From NCBI GenBank assembly GCA_030141605.1, contig JAQGDQ010000375.1:62001-126000 (forward strand): a DNA stretch of 64,000 nucleotides. Direction: 5' to 3'. The stretch is from Tubiluchus corallicola (lineage: Eukaryota; Animalia; Priapulida). The notes under the pieces were generated by a model. It did not search any database. It was given only the letters and a program-made list of their open reading frames with translations, and was not told where the DNA came from. The position numbers and the translations under genes were made by a program. Below are positions 61,401 to 64,000 of the stretch, one piece after another. The first letter of the stretch is position 1. Every line of letters begins with the position of its first letter.

Positions 61401-63143
61401 TGAGATAACCAAACGGTAAAAATGCTATCTTATTTAATGCCATTCTCATCAAAAAGTTCATATCAGCCTCTGTACATAAAAAATGCAAAAAATTAAAAAC
61501 ATATTTTGGTGTAAATCTATATAGCAAGTAGTGAATGTAATAGTAATTATGTTTCTGTAGCTGTATTGGAGGATCAGTATGTCCACTAAAATAAGGCCCA
61601 TTTCACAGTGAGGAAGCACAGCAAAATTCCTCAAAGAGAAATCCCTTGCGGTATTCCTCACAAGAAAGGAACACACTGTTTTCTAGGGCAAATTTCACAG
61701 TGATGCATCATGAGAAATTTACCTTGTGTGATTCGTCGTGAGGAGTTCTGACGTCAGCTAGAAGTTATATATCCTCCTCAAGAGGAAACACTGCATGTTC
61801 CATTTTCATGAGGAATCCTTGCAGAATTCACATTAAAATTTAACTGCTTAATTACTGCTTTCTAATTTAATGAACAACAGGTAACACATTTCAGCATAAA
61901 ATTATAAAATCTAATCTCTCTTTTAACACACAGACAATTTTATGTTTTATTACTGCAACAGTGCCAGCTGTATTTTAATGTAACTGCAAAATTTCTCCTG
62001 ACCATCTCTCAAATGTCCGTACAAGGTTGCAACAACATCACAATGCTGTCAACAACATCACATTGATTAATAGTTGGGTGCACTCATTAACAATGGTAAT
62101 CAACTATCGCAATAATAGTAAGCACTTCGTAAAAACATGACATGATGATGAGTAGCGCAATAGCTGCAAGCCTACAACTCGCAAAATTACTGCAGCTAAC
62201 TGGACGTGCAGAAAAATACCACACAATTTCACTCTAAAATGAACTTTTTTGCTGCATAGGATATCGAGAAAAAGTCGGAAATTTTCTGATTTCCCGACAG
62301 CAATCCTGTGCATCATTTTCCTTGCGTCCTGACAGTGAAAGAATTTTATATTTCTCAGCAATATTGCATGATGTAAATAAAATGAATAAAAACTGTGTCA
62401 TTTTTCCTGGAGTTCAGCTTATAACAATTGGTTTAACATTGCAATGCCTTTCTAATTAACGACGAAACTTGGCACTCATGGTAATATTTAATAATACTAA
62501 TAATATAGTATCATGAGTGCCAAAATTCGATGCTAATGTTGCCACAAACATTTAACTGCATCACTCAGTGGGGATAATTCTACTGCATTATTAGTAGAAT
62601 TACAATGGCATTACAGCTACATTTACGAAATCTCAATTCCTGTAACTTTATGCAAAAAGCGGTGGTCGTTGCAAGACCACTATAATAAATAGTTGCCATT
62701 TTACTTCTTAAAAAACAAATACTGTATAAATATAACCAAAGACGTTCATAAAATGTTCGATTTATAGCAGCCAAGTATTACTGATTTCTCTGGAAAACAT
62801 TAACATCATTAAGTGAGGATTTACTGTACAATTTGAAAATAGTATCTATTATTTTCTAATGCTGGTAGTAGCTTTTTAACTGAAATGCATTCGTGCATTA
62901 CCTGAATAAAAATAATTACCAATATTATCCTCCAGTTCTGGTATTAAGCCAAGCAAATGAAGATGTTTGGGAGTTTCAACAGAGAGAGATATTAGATCTC
63001 CAATGGCTTCGTGGAATCCTGGATTTGCTCCACGACGGAATTTAATCGGATTATGGTCATATAGAAGATAATATTCCACATGTCCCATTTCATGATGAGT
63101 AGTTGTCAACCAGCGATGAGTAATTTCTGTACATTGCTTAATT
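43841..63143 (-). CDS. ACE: Angiotensin-converting enzyme (peptidase M2), at least two tandem catalytic domains; 5' end lies beyond the window
   Basis: 18 phase-consistent GT/AG exons; HEMGH + EAIGD zinc motifs twice; [16 protein letters not shown], FDPGAKxHVP, PYIRYF motifs; Gln in MWAQ indicates ACE-type rather than ACE2. Confidence 0.93.
46327..46358 (-). CDS. ACE: ACE candidate proximal terminal exon ([10 protein letters not shown]), soluble form
   Basis: cattttag acceptor after a 52-nt intron, phase 1; tandem AATAAA at 44971-44986. Confidence 0.35.
46411..46610 (-). CDS. ACE: ACE exon ([15 protein letters not shown]...[17 protein letters not shown])
   Basis: 200 nt, phase 2-1. Confidence 0.9.
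46771..46872 (+). mobile_element. 5S rRNA-derived fragment (SINE3-like or 5S pseudogene) in an ACE intron
   Basis: accgaaattcagctacatcgagcctgaccagtaggtgaatgagtgaccacc aligns to animal 5S ACCGAAGTTAAGC..GTCGAGCCTGGTTAGTACTTGGATGGGTGACCGCC. Confidence 0.6.
47118..47240 (-). CDS. ACE: ACE exon ([40 protein letters not shown])
   Basis: 123 nt, phase 2-2. Confidence 0.92.
47502..47600 (-). CDS. ACE: ACE exon ([33 protein letters not shown])
   Basis: 99 nt, phase 2-2. Confidence 0.92.
48694..48838 (-). CDS. ACE: ACE exon ([28 protein letters not shown]...WWDLR)
   Basis: 145 nt, phase 1-2. Confidence 0.93.
49462..49685 (-). CDS. ACE: ACE active-site exon, downstream domain ([10 protein letters not shown]...HEAIGD)
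   Basis: 224 nt, phase 2-1. Confidence 0.95.
49929..49991 (+). mobile_element. Penelope-like GIY-YIG endonuclease C-terminal remnant
   Basis: [21 protein letters not shown] resembles the FxIL...LxxxEAxxI tail of PLE GIY-YIG domains. Confidence 0.45.
52447..52616 (-). CDS. ACE: ACE exon ([20 protein letters not shown]...[17 protein letters not shown])
   Basis: 170 nt, phase 0-2. Confidence 0.93.
53098..53195 (-). CDS. ACE: ACE exon ([33 protein letters not shown])
   Basis: 98 nt, phase 1-0. Confidence 0.93.
53899..54096 (-). CDS. ACE: ACE exon ([15 protein letters not shown]...[14 protein letters not shown]...GPIAAHIL)
   Basis: 198 nt, phase 1-1. Confidence 0.92.
55435..55500. repeat. poly-C/(CT)n microsatellite
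   Basis: Direct reading. Confidence 0.9.
55947..56090 (-). CDS. ACE: ACE exon ([26 protein letters not shown]...NKAAVLN)
   Basis: 144 nt, phase 1-1. Confidence 0.92.
56506..56617 (-). CDS. ACE: ACE exon ([37 protein letters not shown])
   Basis: 112 nt, phase 0-1. Confidence 0.88.
57803..57961 (-). CDS. ACE: ACE exon ([10 protein letters not shown]...ARDFDWESL...[13 protein letters not shown])
   Basis: 159 nt, phase 0-0. Confidence 0.88.
58197..58319 (-). CDS. ACE: ACE exon, start of downstream domain ([12 protein letters not shown]...[16 protein letters not shown])
   Basis: 123 nt, phase 0-0. Confidence 0.88.
58928..59120 (-). CDS. ACE: ACE exon, end of upstream domain plus linker ([11 protein letters not shown]...[14 protein letters not shown])
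   Basis: 193 nt, phase 2-0, GAA|gtaagt donor. Confidence 0.92.
59298..59812. mobile_element. Degenerate hAT-like MITE with GATCGAT/AATCG subterminal motifs
   Basis: Left agagctgcaac..., right ...gattaatcggaacagcac; repeated tcga/atcg words near both ends. Confidence 0.4.
59874..59996 (-). CDS. ACE: ACE exon ([40 protein letters not shown])
   Basis: 123 nt, phase 2-2. Confidence 0.92.
60862..60960 (-). CDS. ACE: ACE exon ([33 protein letters not shown])
   Basis: 99 nt, phase 2-2. Confidence 0.92.
61325..61469 (-). CDS. ACE: ACE exon ([28 protein letters not shown]...WWDLR)
   Basis: 145 nt, phase 1-2. Confidence 0.93.
61594..62347 (-). mobile_element. Non-autonomous TIR element (PIF/Harbinger-like MITE), copy 2
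   Basis: Starts (ta)aggcccatttcacagtgagg; reverse-collinear with 22125-22822. Confidence 0.7.
62920..63143 (-). CDS. ACE: ACE active-site exon, upstream domain ([10 protein letters not shown]...HEAIGD)
   Basis: 224 nt, phase 2-1. Confidence 0.95.
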
Positions 63144-64000
63144 CTATAAAGATGAAAAACACATGAAGAAAAATGACTGCAATCTGTTACTGTGCAAAAT
63201 AGCGACAGCTTGAACAAAACCAAACGTGTGACCCTAAACAGAATTATTGCAGCTATTGTTGTGTGCACCCGGAGTAGTCAATTTGCTTTACACAGAAGTC
63301 AGAAGACGGAAGAAATCAAAGAAAAGGATGAATCGGCACTTAAATAAGCATAGATTATAAAAAAAGTAACAACTTTTATTAAAAGCTTTAAGATATAAAA
63401 CGTAAAAACATGTCACATATGTTTTGATGTTGACAGGCAGAGCCTACAGTACAGAAATTCAATAATTATGTATTTACAATGACGTCAAATATGTAGTGAA
63501 TTAACAGACCTGTAGAAAAGAAAGAGATACAGTAAAAGTATAGCTAGGTGTTTGTAAACAAAGTTAAAGGAATTGAACTAATCTACACATTCAGAAAAGG
63601 CTTATTATAGAGTAAGCAACCCTATTAAGGAAATGCCTACTAACAGTGAGCATAGATATTATTTTGCTGAAATTCTTATGCTTAGAAATTTAAATCTGTT
63701 CTACATTTAGTTGGTTGATTTTCAAACTGTTCTAATTTTCAAGCTCATACAGGAACATGGGTGCATCGATTATTTCTTACAATATTTATTACAATTACAT
63801 ATTTTTAACTCTTTTTGCAATAATGAAAATAGGCAATATGAGGTAAGAAAATAAAAATATAATTAGTTACATTATTAAGTCTTTAACTTCATCCATTCCA
63901 TCTAATGAATTACGGAGACTTGTTAAGAAAGATCAAAAAAGATAGTTATGGCACAAATTCAAAGGCACAGTAATTAGGCAATTGCAGTAATTCTGCACTC

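Overview
AT-rich, intron-containing invertebrate animal genomic DNA (species not determinable from sequence). Genes read by eye: (1) an intronless membrane-anchored GT-A-fold glycosyltransferase-like ORF (3096-3998 +); (2) a TAL1/SCL-family bHLH gene (5746-6288 -, probable non-coding first exon ending near 10034); (3) a 970-aa secreted Gly/Tyr-rich structural protein with two nonapeptide arrays around an acidic core (18742-21654 -); (4) a complete 4-exon gustatory-receptor-like (GR/GRL) gene (27759-38196 +) whose 8-kb first intron holds nested transposons (RTE-like LINE, a decayed Gypsy LTR element with nested hAT MITE, TIR element and BEL fragment); (5) a probable small type I membrane protein (41548-39355 -); (6) the 3' part of a multi-domain angiotensin-converting enzyme gene (63143-43841 -). 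The ACE gene has two catalytically intact HEMGH domains and apparently alternative last exons, one giving a GPI-anchor signal and one a soluble C-terminus. Exon models were assembled by hand from GT/AG sites and phase checks; no database searches were run.
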